A DNA stretch of 64,000 nucleotides, taken from the NCBI GenBank assembly GCA_963745235.1, contig CAVUXE010000091.1, forward strand, positions 37,477-101,476, written 5' to 3'. Position 1 is the first letter of the stretch. Each line of letters opens with the position of its first letter. The DNA comes from an uncultured Spirochaetota bacterium. GTDB lineage: Bacteria > Spirochaetota > Spirochaetia > SZUA-6 > Fen-1364. The notes under the pieces were generated by a model. The model searched no databases, had not been told where the DNA came from, and was given only the letters and a program-made list of their open reading frames with translations. This document shows, piece after piece, positions 12,618 to 25,464 of the stretch. The position numbers and the translations under genes are program-made.

Positions 12618-15600
12618 GGCTCGTCGCCGACCTGCACGTCCATTCCCGGTACTCACGGGCGACGAGCAGGGAGGCTGACCTCGAAGGCTACTTCCGCTGG
12701 GCGCGGCTCAAGGGAATCAACGTCGTCGGAACGGGGGACTTCACGCATCCCCGGTGGATGGAGGAGATCTGCGGAGAAGCTCGTAGAGAAAGACGGGCTT
12801 TTCGCGCTGAAGGAGCCGCCCCGGGACTTTCCCCTGGAAGACGCGCAGCCCGCGGACGCCCCGGTGCGGTTCATCCTCACCGTGGAGATCAGCTCCATCT
12901 ACAAGAAGCGCGGGGAGACCCGCAAGGTGCATAGCCTCGTCGGCGTGCGGACCCTGGAGGAAGCCCGGAAGCTCTCCGCGCGGCTGGCGGCCATCGGCAA
13001 CATCGCCTCTGACGGAAGGCCCATCCTCGGGCTGGACCCCAAGGACCTGCTGTCCATCCTCCTGGAGGTTGCTCCGGAAGGGTTTCTCATCCCGGCGCAT
13101 ATCTGGACGCCCTGGTTCTCCCTCTTCGGCTCCAAGTCGGGATTCGATACCATCGAGGATTGCTTCGAGGAGCTCACCGCCCACATCTTCGCGCTGGAGA
13201 CCGGCCTCTCCTCCGATCCTCCCATGAACTGGCGCTGGAGCGCCCTGGACCGCTACCGGCTGGTCTCCAACTCCGACGCCCACTCCCCGCCGAACCTCGG
13301 GAAGGGAAGCCAATCTTCTCGATGCCGAGCTGAGCTGGGAAGGGGTGGTCGGAGCGCTCCGGACGGGCGACGGCTTCGCTGGGCACGTGCGAGTTCTATC
13401 CCGAGGAAGGGAAATACCACTTCGACGGCCACAGGAAGTGCGGCGTCTGCATGGACCCCGAGGAGACGCTGAAGACGGGAGCCGCGTGCCCTGCCTGCGG
13501 CGCGCCGCTCACCATCGGTGTCCTGCACCGCGTGCTCCAGCTTGCGGACCGGCGGGAGCCTCGCCAGCCGGACCGGGCCGGAGGACTACCGCTACCTGAT
13601 CCCCGTGCCGGAAATCCTCTCCCAGCTCACCGGGAGCGGGCCCGGCTCACGGGCCGTGGTCGCCCTCCACGCAAGGGTCATACGGGCATTCGGCAACGAG
13701 TACGCGTTTCTCTTCGACTCCGACCCGAAGCAGATAGAGCGCGCCCTCGGACCCCTTATCGCGGAGGCGGTGCGAAGGATGCGGGAAGGCAGGGTAACGC
13801 CCAGTCCCGGGTACGACGGTGAGTTCGGCATCATCCGGATGTTCGACGAGCCCGAGCTTGTCCGCCTGCGCGGGCAGGACGAGCTCTTCCCGACACGGCC
13901 TGCACGAGCCGGTCGCGTGAGCAGGGAAGGCACCATTGCTCGAGCACCAGGGGCTCCTGCGGGACCGGAGCTCGACCTTGGGCTGCCCTTTCTGGACCGG
14001 GAACAGCAGGCCATCCTCGAATCTCCGCCCGGAAGAATCCTGGTCTTTGCGGGTCCCGGCACCGGGAAAACCCGACTTCTCACGAGCTGGATCGCGCGCC
14101 AGATCGAGTCCGGGTCAGCAGGCCCGGACCAGGTTCTTGCTCTCACGTTCACGGCAAGGGCCGCCGCGGAAATGCAGGAGCGTCTTCTCGATCTCCTGGG
14201 CAGACGGGCAACCTCCATCACAGTCGCGACCTTTCATGCCTTCTGCTTCGGCCTGTTGAGGAAGCGCAATCCCGCCTTGCTCACGGTTTACAGCGCGGCC
14301 CAGCGCGCCTCGCTGCTCTCCCTGCTTCCCCAGATCGCGTCCCTGGGGCACGCGCGGCAGGCGGCGGAGCGCCTGGAGCGGTACTACGAGGGCATGGAAG
14401 AGCCGGATGAGGAGCTGCGCGGAACCATTCGCGCCTACGAAAAGTTGTGCGAGGAGACGGGGGGCGTGGACGTCTCATCGCTTGTCACGAGTGCCCTGGA
14501 GATCCTTGCAGGGGATGAGGACTTTCTGGCGCTGCAGCGCGAAAGGTACCGCGTCATGGCCGTTGATGAGCTGCAGGACATCAACAAGCCGCAGTACGAG
14601 CTCCTGTCTCTCCTGGGCCAGTCGGCGGCCGGGCTCCTGTGCATTGGAGATCCCGACCAGGCCATCTACGGGTTTCGAGGCTCGGATCGGGCTCTCTTTT
14701 CCCGGTTCAAAGACCAACCCGGGGTCAGGTCGTTTGCCCTGGCAACCAACTATCGTTCCTCGGCAACGCTCGTGAGCGCGTCCGGTGCCATCATCGCTCC
14801 CCAGCGATCGCCGGGCATACCGCCTCTGAGACCGGCCAGGCCCGACGGCCCTGTCATCGGCGTGTTCAAAGCGGAGGACCCCGCAAAGGAAGGAGACTAC
14901 ATCGCCTCCCGTATCCGCGACCTCGTCGGTGGAGTCGACTCGGTATCTGTTGATGCAGCGCGAACGCGCTCCGTCGGCAGGTACTCCTTCGCCGACATCG
15001 CCGTGCTCTTTCGCACGCGGGCCGTCCGCGACGCCCTTCTTCCCTCCCTGCTGCGGGCCGGCCTTCCCCTCACGCTGAGGGATGACATGCCGCTTGCGCG
15101 GGAGCCGCCGTTTCGCTTCCTGGTGGCCGCGCTGCGGCTCATCGTGAACCCCGCTGATCCGGTTTCCCGCAGGGAGCTGACCGAAAAACCGGGCGCCGAA
15201 TCCCCCCAGGAATCGCTTGAGGCGTTTGTTGGAAGGCTCCCTGAGCTTCGCGACATGGCGGCATCCCTCGGGATCGAGGCCGTCATCAACGAGCTGGAAA
15301 GCAGTCTTGTCGACGTGGACGACTCCGTGCCTGAAACAGGGCTTGCAAACGAGGTCATCAAGGAAAGCGCCCGCGAGCACGGGAAGGACCTTTCATCGTT
15401 CCTGGTCCGCCTGTCCCTGCTCACCCGTGAAAGCGAGGGTGCGCGCAGGGTGGAGAGAGTGACGCTCCTGACCTTCCATGCCGCGAAAGGCCTGGAGTTC
15501 CCCGCCGTTTTCATCGCCGGCGCTGAGGACGGCATTGTTCCCCTTGCGGAGGAGCCCGAAGAGGAACGGCGGCTCTTCTACGTTGCCATGACCCGGGCGC

Positions 15601-15758
15601 GGGACACCCTCCATATTACGCACTGCGCCCGGCGCACCGTGCACGGAACGCTCCGCCAATGCCGCCCGAGCCCGTTCCTGGCCGAGATGCCGCCGGGCTG
15701 CAGGGAAGATGTCTCTCCTCCCGCGCGAGTGAGCAGCCAGCTCACGCTCTTCGGTTGA
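12614..15758 (+). CDS. EndoQ-like PHP nuclease fused to UvrD/PcrA helicase, ~4 frameshifts
   Basis: ADLHVHSRYSRATS, GTGDFTHP, IPAHIWTPWFS, ETGLSSDP, SNSDAHS, GKYHFDGHRKC..CPACG, PGYDGEFG; then AGPGTGKT, VDELQD, IGDPDQAIYGFRG, TFHAAKGLEF and EERRLFYVAMTRA. Confidence 0.88.
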
Positions 15759-18301
15759 GCCTCTTTCTCCAGAGAACCTTCGCCGTCTCGAACCAGGCGA
15801 TGCTCACGAGCCCGGCGCCGAGCGCTATGGCAATGTCCAGGACGTGCATCGGGGCAAAGTGGAACAAGCCGCGCAGGCCGGGAACGTAGACCACCAGCCC
15901 CAGGAATGCGAGCGCTCCTCCCAACACCCAGAGAAGGGCTGGATTGCCGGCGCTGAAGGCGGAGACAGCGGATCGGGACCAGTTGCGGTTTGTCAGGATC
16001 AGGCAGAGGTTGGACACGATGAGCGTGATGAACGCGAGGGTCCTGGCCTCCGCGGTGCTCTGCCCGATGGCCAGGGCTGCGGAGTACACGCCCATCACCG
16101 CCGCGAACGAGACGAGCCCCTGGAGGCAGCTGATGAGGAGGCTCATTCTTCCAAACAGGCGCTCCCCCGGCCCTCGCGGCTTCCGTCTCATGACATCCGC
16201 TTCCGCGGGCTCGGCCTCGAAGACAATGGAGCAGGCGGGGTCGATGATGAGCTCGAGAAACACGATATGGACGGGGAAGAGGACCATTTCTTTCCACTGA
16301 AGGAGCACCGGCAGCAGCGACGTCAACGCGATGGGGATATGCACGCTGATCACGTACGCCATCGCCTTCCTCAAGTTGTCGAAAATGCGGCGCCCCATCC
16401 TGACGGCCTTCACGATGGAGGAAAAATCGTCGTCGAGCAGGACAAGGTCCGACGCCTCGCGGGCGACATCCGTGCCTCGGCTCCCCATGGCCACGCCGAT
16501 GTGGGCTGACTTCAAAGCGGGGGCGTCGTTCACGCCGTCACCGGTCATGGCAACGATCTCACCACGCGCCTTGAAAGCGTCCACGATGGCGAGCTTCTGC
16601 TCGGGCACCACGCGCGCAAAGATGCTCGCCCCTTCCACTCGTCCCGTGAGCTCTTCCGCGGACAAGCGGGCAAGCTCCGGCCCGGTGATCGTGTCCCCGG
16701 GGCCGAGGCCGATCTGGCGCGCTATCTTCTGGGCCGTGGCCGGATAGTCTCCCGTTATCATGACGACCTTGATCCCCGCATTGTTGCACTCATTGACGGC
16801 CGCGGGCACCGTCGGCCGCACGGGATCCTCCAGGCCGATGATGCCGAGGGGCTCGAAAGGAAAATCATGGGCCGCGTCCGGCAGGTTGCCGCTGCCGAAC
16901 GACGCCTTTGCGACCCCGATCACCCGCAGGCCCTTGTCCGCCATCTCCTGCACCTGGACGGAAAGGAGCGCCTGGCGCTCCGCGTCCAGGTGGCAGAGAT
17001 CCGCGATAGCCTCGGGCGCGCCTTTCGTCGCCACCACGTACCCGTGGCCCTCCATGGACCTCCAGGCATGGGAGAGGGCCAACAGGTCACGGGACAGGGG
17101 GTACTGCTGCGCGAGGGTCCACGTGGAGTGGATGTGCTCCGTGTTGGTGAGCTTCCCGGCGCCCACCTCGAGGATTGCCTTTTCCATGGGATCGAAAGGG
17201 TCCTGCTGGCACGCCAGGACCCCGTATTCGAGCAGCTCGTGGAATGCTTCCGGAAGATCGCCCGGCTCTTCCGTCACGTCGATTGATTTCTCTCCCGCGC
17301 GGAGCATGCGGATGCGCATCTGGTTCTGCGTCAGGGTGCCCGTCTTGTCCGTGCACAGCACCGTGGCTGCCCCGAGGGTCTCCACTGCCGCCATCCTGCG
17401 GGCCAGCACGTTGTTGCGGGAAATGCGCCACGCCCCCAGGGCAAGGAATATGGTGAGCACCACGGGGAACTCTTCGGGAAGCACGGCCATGGCAAGAGTA
17501 ATTCCCGAGAGCAGGCCGTTCAGCCAGTCCCGGCGGGTGAGGCCGTACACGACGACGAGCGCTGCGCACAGGACAAGGGCTCCCACGAAGATTGCGCGGA
17601 CGATGGAACCGGTCTCCTTCTGCAGGGGCGTCTGCTCCTGTTCCACGCCCTGGAGGGCCTTGCCGATGCGCCCGATCTCGGAGAAAGCGCCAGTCTCCTT
17701 CGTGACGGCCACCCCTTGCCCATGGACGACGAGAGTCCCCGAGAAGACGCACGGAAGGTCATCCCCGCCAGGTCTTTGCATGCCGGGCAGAGTCCTCCGC
17801 CGCGGTCTTTCGAACAGGCACTGACTCTCCCGTGAGAAGGGATTCGTCCACGGACAGGTTGATCTCCCAGAGCAGAACGGCGTCCGCCGGGACCCTGTCT
17901 CCTTCCGCCAGCACAAGCAGGTCGCCGCGCGCGACCTCCCGCCCCGGGATCCGCCGCCGCTCTCCCTCGCGGATGACGAGCGCGCGCGGGCTCGCAAGGT
18001 CCCGCAGCGCCTGCAGGGTGTTCTCCGTCTTCTGCTCCTGGTAGATCGTGATCCCCATGATCACGACGACGAAACCGAGCAGCATGACCGCTTCCTGGAC
18101 GTCCCCGAGGATGAGGTACAGCGCTCCGCAGGCAAGGAGAAGGAGGAACATCGGCTCCCGTACCACCCCCGCGGCAATGGAGAGGATGCCCCGTTTCCCG
18201 GCGGAAGGAAGCTCGTTCCACCCGCTTTCCCGCAGTGCTTCCTGCGCCTGCGCCTCCGTCAGGCCGCGAAGGCCTTTTACCTGCTGGTCAGTCAGTGCCA
18301 T
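15742..18301 (-). CDS. cation-translocating P-type ATPase (Ca2+/Mg2+-like), frameshift near 17800
   Basis: DESLLTGES, PEEFP, DKTGTLT, KGAPE, MITGD and MTGDGVNDAPAL motifs. Confidence 0.92.
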
Positions 18302-18399
18302 ATGAGTCCAGCGACTGTAGGTCGCCCGCACGGTGGTGTCAACAGTTTGCGGGACGGCTGCGTTGACTCCTCATGGCGGTGGCGTTATCCTGCGCTGCA

Positions 18400-19533
18400 A
18401 TGGCGTCTGATCTGGAAAGCTCACAGGCAAGCGCATTCCTCAAAAGTCTCGGTTTCCCGGACGTGAAGGTGCACCGCTCGTTCAACCATTTCGACTTTTC
18501 CCGCCCCTCGCGCAGGATCCTTGTCATTGGCTCCATGGGCTCGGGGAAGACCGAGTTTTCAGCGCGGATATGGAGAGACTCAGAGGTGGCCCGAAAGAAG
18601 ACGGGCAGGGCCGCGGAAAGCACGCGGACGGACGGCGCTGACAGGCGGATCGTGTTCTTCATCCGTTCCGCCCTGGATGTCTCCCGGTTCCCCGACTACC
18701 CGGCAGACGCCTTGCCGTTTCGAGGCGGGTTCGTCCGGTGCGGAAAGAACATCGCTTCCATCACCAGCTCCTTCGACCTGGAGCGGATCATGGCTTTCAA
18801 CCCCGGTGTCGGGACCTGGGTCATCGACGAGGCCTCGTTCTACGAGGAGAGACTGGCATACGTGGTGGAAAACGCCTCCCGCACCCGGGGGCTGACTTTC
18901 ATCTTCCCGTCCCTGATTCTGAACTTCCGCCGGGAGATCTTCAACACGACGGCGAAGCTGCTCCTGGATACGGCAACCGACGTGTTTCCCCTCACCGCGT
19001 ATTGCGAGCACCCCGAGTGCCTGCAGGACTCCTACTACACCTACCGCTATTACACCGTCGACGGCCGCGAATGTCCCGCCCTGTATTTCGACCCGTTGAT
19101 CGTGATCGGGGGAGACAGGGAGTCTGATGATCCGCGGGAGCCCAACTACTGCACCCGTTGTGACGATCACCACTATCTTCCCGGCAAGGAGTACACGTAC
19201 CTCCACCTGAAACCCCTCGGTGAGGAAGCGTCGCGGGGGGACCCGGCGCCGCTCGCAAAGGAAATCTCCCTCCTCCGTGACAACCTGGAGAAGTCGCGGC
19301 TGCATCGCCATTTCAGGGAAATGCTCGCCGATGCGCCTTTCGGCGAGGTGATGATGAACTCGCTCCGCGTCTCCTGTATAGCGGAAAAGGCGCTCCTGTT
19401 TCTCTTCACGGAGCAGAACCTCCTGCCCAACGATCTTTTCCGCGGGCTCGTCAGGGATCTTCACCTGGACCTGGATTACCTGCGCCGCCGCCTCTCCGAC
19501 TGCCGGCGCACCGCCGCCCTGGAGGACGCGTGA
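18400..19533 (+). CDS. tdk: thymidine kinase, long spirochaete type
   Basis: P-loop IGSMGSGKT, VIDEASF, LNFRREIF, Zn ligands AYCEHPEC and YCTRCDDH, and IVIGG lasso region. Confidence 0.78.
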   Translation: MASDLESSQASAFLKSLGFPDVKVHRSFNHFDFSRPSRRILVIGSMGSGKTEFSARIWRDSEVARKKTGRAAESTRTDGADRRIVFFIRSALDVSRFPDYPADALPFRGGFVRCGKNIASITSSFDLERIMAFNPGVGTWVIDEASFYEERLAYVVENASRTRGLTFIFPSLILNFRREIFNTTAKLLLDTATDVFPLTAYCEHPECLQDSYYTYRYYTVDGRECPALYFDPLIVIGGDRESDDPREPNYCTRCDDHHYLPGKEYTYLHLKPLGEEASRGDPAPLAKEISLLRDNLEKSRLHRHFREMLADAPFGEVMMNSLRVSCIAEKALLFLFTEQNLLPNDLFRGLVRDLHLDLDYLRRRLSDCRRTAALEDA

Positions 19534-20249
19534 GGGGAGCGCTTCGGATGATTGCTGCGGCAGTCGCGTTGCTGGCCCTGGCAACCGGGTGCTCGAACAA
19601 GCCGCCCGTGATCTCGCGCGTCTACGCCCGGGTCATCTACCAGCATGACACCGGCACGGATGCGACCTCGGAGGGATTGAGCGTTTTCCTGGTGGCAAGC
19701 GACCCCAATGGGATTGAAAACCTCAGCAGCTTCTACGTGATCAGCGACACCGCAGAGCTGTTCTGGAAGGTGGACAGCACCTCCTGGGTCTCCTCCACCG
19801 CCGAAGGAGAGACGTGGATCGGCTCCAACAACCTCTTCATGCCCGGCGGAGCGGCGGTGCCCGCGGGGGACTACCGGGTCATCCTCCAGAACGCCGGCGG
19901 TGACACGGTGGAGGAGACCTTCACCGTTGCCTCGCGGGAGACTTCCGCTGCCGCCGCGGCCTACCCCACCGCCTCAGTCAGCGAGGGAGCGATCCACCTG
20001 GGCGGCGCCTATCAGTCGGCAGACGTATGGACCTACGGGAAGGACGGCAGGTTCGTTGCCACCTTCACCGCGTCGCGAAAAGGCCCCGCGCTTGATGCGC
20101 AGAAAATGGCGGCAGGAGTGCCGGCCCTGGCCCCGGGTTTCACGTTCCGCGTCTTCGCGAACAATGCGAAAGGCGGGTACGGGGCCCTTTCGGGCCCCTA
20201 CACGGTGGGCCCGGTGTCCCCTCCACCCGCAACCTTGCCTCCGCGATAG
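19530..20249 (+). CDS. putative lipoprotein
   Basis: Signal peptide with lipobox LATG-C; GTGA overlap with tdk. Confidence 0.7.
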   Translation: MRGALRMIAAAVALLALATGCSNKPPVISRVYARVIYQHDTGTDATSEGLSVFLVASDPNGIENLSSFYVISDTAELFWKVDSTSWVSSTAEGETWIGSNNLFMPGGAAVPAGDYRVILQNAGGDTVEETFTVASRETSAAAAAYPTASVSEGAIHLGGAYQSADVWTYGKDGRFVATFTASRKGPALDAQKMAAGVPALAPGFTFRVFANNAKGGYGALSGPYTVGPVSPPPATLPPR

Positions 20250-20270
20250 TCGGGCCCTATACTGCGCCCC

Positions 20271-21765
20271 ATGGACACCTACATTCTTGCGCTTGACCAG
20301 GGGACGACCAGCTCTCGCGCCATTCTTTTCGACGGGGCAGGCCGGGCAGTCTCGGTGTCGCAGAAGCCTTTCAGCCAGTTCTACCCGAAGCCCGGCTGGG
20401 TGGAGCATGATCCGCTGGAGATATGGTCCAGCCAGATCGGGGCTGCGCGGGATGCAATAGCGGCTGCCCGGGTCAGCCCCTCCCAGATCGCCGGCATCGG
20501 CATTGCAAACCAGCGGGAGACGGCGGTCTTCTGGGACCGCAAGACGGGTGACCCTGTCGGCCCCGCCATCGTCTGGCAGGACAGGCGCACGGCGGAAATC
20601 TGCAGGCGGCTCTCCGCGGAAGGACTGGAGAAAACAGTCGTGGAACGGACGGGGCTTCTCCTTGACCCCTATTTTTCCTCCACCAAGATCATGTGGGTCC
20701 TGGAGTCGGACGCCGGCATTCGGGCCAGGGCCATGGGCGGAGACATCTGCTTCGGCACGGTGGACTCGTGGCTCCTGCAGCAAGCTCACCGGGAGGCACC
20801 TCACGGATCCGTCGAACGCCTCACGGACACTGCTTTTCGACATCCACAAGGGAGAATGGGATCCCGAGCTCGCCTCGGCACTGGGCGTCCCGCTTGCCAT
20901 GCTGCCGCGGGTCTGTCCTTCGTCCTCTGATTTCGGCGTGGCCCCCAGCAGCCTCCTGGGCGCGGACATCCCGGTCCGCGGCGTTCTGGGAGATCAGCAG
21001 GCCGCGCTCCTGGGCCAGGCCTGCCTGGAGCCCGGTGACGTCAAGGTCACCTATGGCACCGGATGCTTCTGCCTCCTGGCGACGGGAACCAAGCCCGTGG
21101 CTTCCCGCAACCGGCTCCTCACCACTGTTGCATGGGATCTCGGCGACGGGGCTGGAGTACGCCCTGGAGGGCTCCGTGTTCATCGGCGGCGCGGTGGTGC
21201 AGTGGCTGCGAGACGAGCTTCGCATCCTGTCCTCCTCGGCGGAATCGGAAACCATGTCGCGCTCGGTGCCCGACACCGCGGGGGTCTACTTCGTTCCCGC
21301 TTTCGTCGGAATGGGGGCGCCCTACTGGGATCCCGATGCGCGCGGCGCCCTCTTCGGAATCACGCGAGGGACGCGGCAGGAGCACATCGTGCGCGCGGGG
21401 CTGGAAAGCATCGCGTTCCAGACGCGGGACCTCGTGGAGGCCATGGAGCGGGACGCCGGCCGCTCCATCCGCTCCGTCCGCGTGGACGGAGGGGCGTCGA
21501 TCAACGCTTTTCTCATGCAGTTCCAGTCCGACATCCTGGGCATGCCGCTCGTGCGGCCGCGAAGCCTTCGAGACCACTGCCCTGGGCGCCGCGTTCGCCG
21601 CGGGACTTGCCGCCGGGGTGTGGGAGAGCCGGGAGCGCGCTCTCCGCGATCTGGCAGGCGGATGCCATTTTCGAGCCGGGCATGCCGGATGTCGCGCGGG
21701 GGTCCCTCGTGGAGGGATGGAACGCAGCCGTGCAGGCGGCACGGTCTTTCGGCAGGAGAGCGTAA
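20271..21765 (+). CDS. glpK: glycerol kinase, ~4 frameshifts
   Basis: [63 protein letters not shown] and RVDGGAS spread over several ORFs. Confidence 0.92.
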
Positions 21766-21792
21766 GGGACCATTCAGGAAGCAGCTGGCTAT

Positions 21793-21865
<73 letters not shown>

Positions 21866-21978
21866 GATTATCGGCACATATCTACGGGCGGTCGGGAAAA
21901 AGTCAAGGGGGACGGCGGACGGACCGCGTGCGCGAAGGCCTGGTGATTCCAGCCCGTGATTCATGCTATCTTCCCGGT

Positions 21979-23011
21979 ATGCCCTCACACTTCACTCACC
22001 TCCTGTTCGCCGAGGAAGCGCTGCAGGCCGCGCTCGGGGAGAAGGCGGAGACAATCCTGCACGCGCACGGCAACCTATTCCGCTTCGGGGCCCAGGGCCC
22101 GGACTTCTTCTATCACAACCAGCGCACCATGCCAACCGGCCTGCGCTACGGCGTTGCGCTGCACCGCCGGGGATACGGCAGCCTTGTGGAGCAGATGGCG
22201 CGGGAAGCCCTGCGCCTGGCCGCTGGTCCCGGTTCGGACCTGTCGGCGTTCATCCTTGGTTTCGCCACGCACGGCCCGCTGGACCGCTCGACCCACCCGT
22301 TTATCGGGTATTTCTCCGGCTGGGTGGACCCGCGCGATGCCGGCACGAAGCGGTATTTCCACTCCCATCCTTTCCTGGAGCGCATCCTCGACGTCCTGGT
22401 GCTCACACAAGCGTTTCGGAAAGTCCCTTGAGGATTTCGACTTTCTTTCCCAGGTCCGGTGCGGAAAGATGCTCCCCTATCCCGTCATCAAGGCCATGGT
22501 GAAGGGGTTGAACGCAATCTACCCCTCCTACAATTACAAGAGCCGTGACAGGCTGCGGGTGCAGAACGCCTACCACGACTCCATCTTTTTCTACAAGCTC
22601 ACCAACCATCTCAATCCGGACATCATTCGCCTCGCCTACCGGAAGGACCGCAAGGACGGGTTCACACAAAGGCGCCTTGCCCTCCTGCATCCGCGGGAGA
22701 TACCGGCGGGTCATGATTTCCTGAACCTGGGCCATGCAACCTGGTGCCATCCCTGCGATTCCAGGACGGTTTCCACCGCGAGCTTCGTTGACCTGTACGA
22801 AGAGGCCCTGGAGAGCTGCATCGGCATGTTGAAAGGACTGTATGCGGTCCTCTCCGGCCAGACTTCACCGGAGGGGCTGGCGGAGCTGGTGGGGGACCAG
22901 AACCTGGATACCGGACGGGAAAGCTGCCTGCCCGAGCATGCCAATCCCTTCCCCCTGGCGGAGATCCTGGACTCGATGTACGCCCAGCTGGAAGGCGCGG
23001 AGTCCCGCTGA
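21979..23011 (+). CDS. zinc-dependent phospholipase C family protein, frameshift near 22410
   Basis: [36 protein letters not shown] and HPFLERILD metal-binding pattern. Confidence 0.75.
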
Positions 23012-23014
23012 GCC

Positions 23015-25002
23015 CTACCTGCCGGTGACCCCGAGGTTGCGGAGCATGACAGCCGGATCGTTTGTCGGAAGCTCGCACGCCCAGCCCGAGCACACGTACG
23101 CCGTGGCTTTTCCGTTGAGGAGGCCTTGCCGCTCCGTGTACGGAGCCAGGCGGGCGATCTCGGGCCGCTGCTCCTGCGCAGGCCGAAACACTGCTGACAC
23201 ATTCGGCAGGTAGTGCCGCGCAGCTCATGGAACATCGCGAGGGCCTGCGGATCCTCGGATGAGGCCGCAATGACGACCTGGTGCGATGGGCCGACAAAAA
23301 AGTCCAGCGCCGAGAGAAAAAACGCGAATGATATCCCGTTGGATTCCGCCTCCTTCGGATAGAGACGGATGATGGATGCGGCAAGCGTGCGGTATTTCTC
23401 CTGGGCGGTGATCTCTGCGAGCTTCGTGAGCGCAAGCAATGCCACGGAGTTCGCGGAGGGGATGACGCCGTCAACGAGGTCCTTGACGCGGCTGCCGGGA
23501 ACTCCGGTCGCGTCGCCAGCCGTCTTGAAGAATCCTCCCCCGCTCTCGTCCCAGAAAAGCCGAAGCGCTTCGTCCATGCACCGGATGGCCTCCCCGAGCC
23601 AGCGGGGCTGGAAGGTGGCCTCGTACAGCTCGATCAGGCCCCAGGTGAGAAACAGGGAATCGTCGGCAAACGCGTTGATTGCCGCTTCCCCGTCCCGGTA
23701 GCGATGGAGGAGCCGCTTGTCGCTTCCTGTCGCGCGCTGGAGAAGAAAATCAGCAGCCCGCGAAGCGGCGTCACGGAAAGACTGCTCCTCCAGGGCGGCT
23801 CCTGCCCTCGCAAGAGCGGCAATCATGAGCCCGTTCCAGTCCGTCAGCACCTTGTCGTCTCGTGAAGGCCGTTGACGGGTCTGCCGGCGCTGAAAAAGGA
23901 CTCCCTCGGCGCGCCCGGGAGGCTGTGTTTGCGCCGGGTCCCGATACAGGATCCCTTCTTCCAGCGTGAGCCTCTCCAGCTCCCCCCAGCCGAGGGCGGA
24001 CTGGAGCTCGGCGTGCGTCCAGAGATAGAACTTCCCCTCTTCGCCGTCGCTGTCGGCGTCCTCTGCCGTGAAGAACCCACCCTCCGGGGACGTCATATCG
24101 CGAAGCACGTAGGCGCAGATCTCACGGGCGGTCCGGCTGTAGAAGTCATTCCCGGTTGCGCGCCATGCATCGACGTAGGCGATGCAGAGGAGCGCCTGGT
24201 CGTACAGCATCTTTTCGAAATGCGGCACTCGCCAGGCGGCGTCCGTGGAATACCGGTGAAAGCCGAATCCGAGCTGGTCATAGATGCCTCCGTTGCGCAT
24301 GGCCAGCAGGGATCGTTCCGCCATGACGAGCGCCCGCTCGTCACCCCTGCGCCACGCTCGCAGGAGGAGCGGGTAGATGCCGGCCATGGGAAACTTCGGG
24401 GCGGAGCCGAATCCCCCGTTCGCGTCGTCGAACCGCCCCGCCAGACCGCGGGCTGCGTTCATGGCCGCCGTGTGGTCGAACGCCGCGTCGTGGGCGACCT
24501 TCTCCGCCTCTTCTTCCAGGGCAGCCGCGACCGTGGCGGCAGAGGAGACAAGCTCGTCCCGCCGGTTGCCCCACAGGTCGCGTACCCGCGGGATGAGATC
24601 CAGCATCCCCATCCGGCCGGAGCCGGACTCCCGGGGAATGTAGGTCCCGGCGAAGAATGGCGTACCCTCCGGTGTCATGATGATCGAGAGGGGCCAGCCA
24701 CCCGACCCGGTCATGAGCTGGCACGCGGTCATATAGTGCGCGTCCACGTCGGGACGCTCCTCGCGGTCGACCTTGATCGACACGAAAGTCTGGTTCATGA
24801 GGGAGGCGACCTCGGTGTCCTGAAAGGACTCGTGCTCCATCACGTGGCACCAGTGGCACGTGGAGTATCCGATGGAGAGGAAGATCGGACGACCCTCCTC
24901 CCGGGCCCTCCGAAATGCCTCGTCTCCCCAGGGCCGCCAGTCCACGGGGTTGTCCGCGTGCTGGAGGAGATAGGGGCTCTTCTCGAATTGCAGAGCGTTC
25001 AC
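23015..25002 (-). CDS. thioredoxin-domain/six-hairpin protein (YyaL/SPATA20-like), frameshift near 23210
   Basis: [55 protein letters not shown] and ATAYVC. Confidence 0.9.
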
Positions 25003-25319
25003 TTCTTCTCAGGTCTCTTCAGCTTCCTCAGCGCCGCGACGACCTGATCTTTGTATTCCGACAGGAACCCTTCGGGGTTCTCGTTGCTTCGCGAGAACGA
25101 GGGTCCGGAGAAGGTCAGCGCCTGTGATCTCTTTCCCATGTAGATTGTCAGAATGCAGACTGTCTGGTTGAGCGTGAGCTCATGCTCGGGGAGGACCAGG
25201 TCATGCTGAATATCCCATTTGAACAGGATCTTCTTCGGATCCACCTCGTTCTTTTCAGCCCACTCGGCAACGAAGTCCTGCACCCTTTTTTTCGCCCGCG
25301 TCCAGGGACCCTCACTCAT
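24999..25319 (-). CDS. hypothetical protein
   Basis: C-terminal 106 aa of ORF 24999..25865 ([16 protein letters not shown]...); GAGG RBS; overlaps the yyaL start. Confidence 0.65.
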   Translation of the reverse strand: MSEGPWTRAKKRVQDFVAEWAEKNEVDPKKILFKWDIQHDLVLPEHELTLNQTVCILTIYMGKRSQALTFSGPSFSRSNENPEGFLSEYKDQVVAALRKLKRPEKK

Positions 25320-25464
25320 GACAGGTTGACCTCTCTCGACTCCGCGACAAACATAACCTTGCCACAAACATATCATAGAAGGGGACGCGCCAATAGTTCT
25401 CCCGGCCGTCCCGTCTCCGGCCGTGCTTGGCAATCCACGGCAGGAAAGGCTAAGATAGGCGTCA

